Positions 63,330 through 64,000 of a stretch of 64,000 nt of DNA are shown here, in pieces. The position numbers and the translations under genes are program-made. This DNA comes from Vicugna vicugna (lineage: Eukaryota). The notes under the pieces were generated by a model. The model ran no database searches, was not told where the DNA came from, and saw only the letters and a list, made by a program, of their open reading frames with translations. The stretch lies in assembly GCA_013265495.1 (NCBI GenBank), contig MU058065.1, forward strand, positions 2,457,003-2,521,002, written 5' to 3'. Position 1 is the stretch's first letter, and every line of letters starts with the position of its first letter.

Positions 63330-64000
63330 GATGATCACTGCAGGCATTAGAGTAAGTGGTATCAATCCAGAAGTTTATCTATAATAAGGTGAAAAGGAAA
63401 CCCTGAGAGAGGCCTGAGATCCACCAGGACCCCAGGGATGGACAGAGGACGTAGGAACAACTTGTGAAGCAGAAAGGAAATGAGGGTGGCCTGAACAATA
63501 GTGTGACCAGTGCTGACTGGAGGTCAAGTAGGAAATGGCCTGCAGAGTGACTTGGGGTCAGTGATGAAGAGGTTGTCAGTGAGCACGGTGAGACTGCTTT
63601 ATAAAGTGAAACGATGAGAGTGGATGTCAGGTTTCATGGTTTGGGATGTGACTGGGGACAAGAAGAGACAGGAAGCAGAGTCTACTCTTTCTGGAAGTTT
63701 GTCTGTAATGGTGAGAACACAGTGTGGAAGAGGGTGGGGATGTGGGATAAAGGAGGAATATTTCTTTTGAAAAAATTGGCTGGAAATGAGCATGCTGATA
63801 GAGTCATGCGTTGTTAGGATTAAGTTGGGTGTGAAGAAGGAGAGACTCCAGTTAGGGTAGAGAGGGAGCCTGCTGGCAGAAGGATCCTGGAAAAGGGAGA
63901 AAGGGCAGGATCAGTAATAGAGGTAAAAGGATTTACTGTATTTAGGATCCGGAACAGCTTCTCCAACGTCACAAGAAGGAAGAAGAAATGGCTTGAGGCA
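63330..64000 (-). mobile_element. L2 fragment (continuation)
   Basis: GAGGTCAAGTAGG...GGAAGCAGAG...CTCTTTCTGGAAGTTTG purine-rich L2 body. Confidence 0.65.

Noticed and set aside
1..64000. CpG island/promoter, REST/RE1 site, or SCG2 coding sequence
   Set aside because: On manual reading I saw no CpG-dense segment, no convincing RE1 consensus and no secretogranin-like ORF.

Overview
Mammalian genomic DNA that is AT-rich and dense in repeats. It is very probably camelid: it carries tRNA-derived Vic-1-type SINEs and I saw no Alu or Bov-A/tA elements. The only protein-coding sequence I can support is the short terminal coding exon of AP1S3 (3768-3803, +, TMEEYMNKPTF*). It is preceded by that gene's last intron and followed by an AU-rich 3'UTR with several AATAAA signals. 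The rest is intergenic; in human synteny, as I recall it, this interval leads towards SCG2. It contains a near full-length but disabled processed pseudogene of PSMA2 (~27407-28270), a decayed ERV-L reverse-transcriptase fragment, and many L1, L2, MIR, MaLR/MLT and hAT fossils, several with readable target-site duplications. Almost all ORFs in the track are spurious or come from repeats. The most notable structures are: (i) a 70-bp templated insertion flanked by a perfect 47-bp duplication near 63.1 kb; (ii) an L1 with both a 5' inversion and a probable 3' transduction; (iii) an unexplained 64-bp dispersed direct repeat; (iv) a perfect DR4/NR5A element made by a 10-bp tandem duplication; (v) CRE/AP-1 motif clusters in unique DNA. 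I see no evidence of a new multi-gene biological system. Gene and repeat family names come from recognition by eye, not database searches, and most repeat boundaries are approximate.
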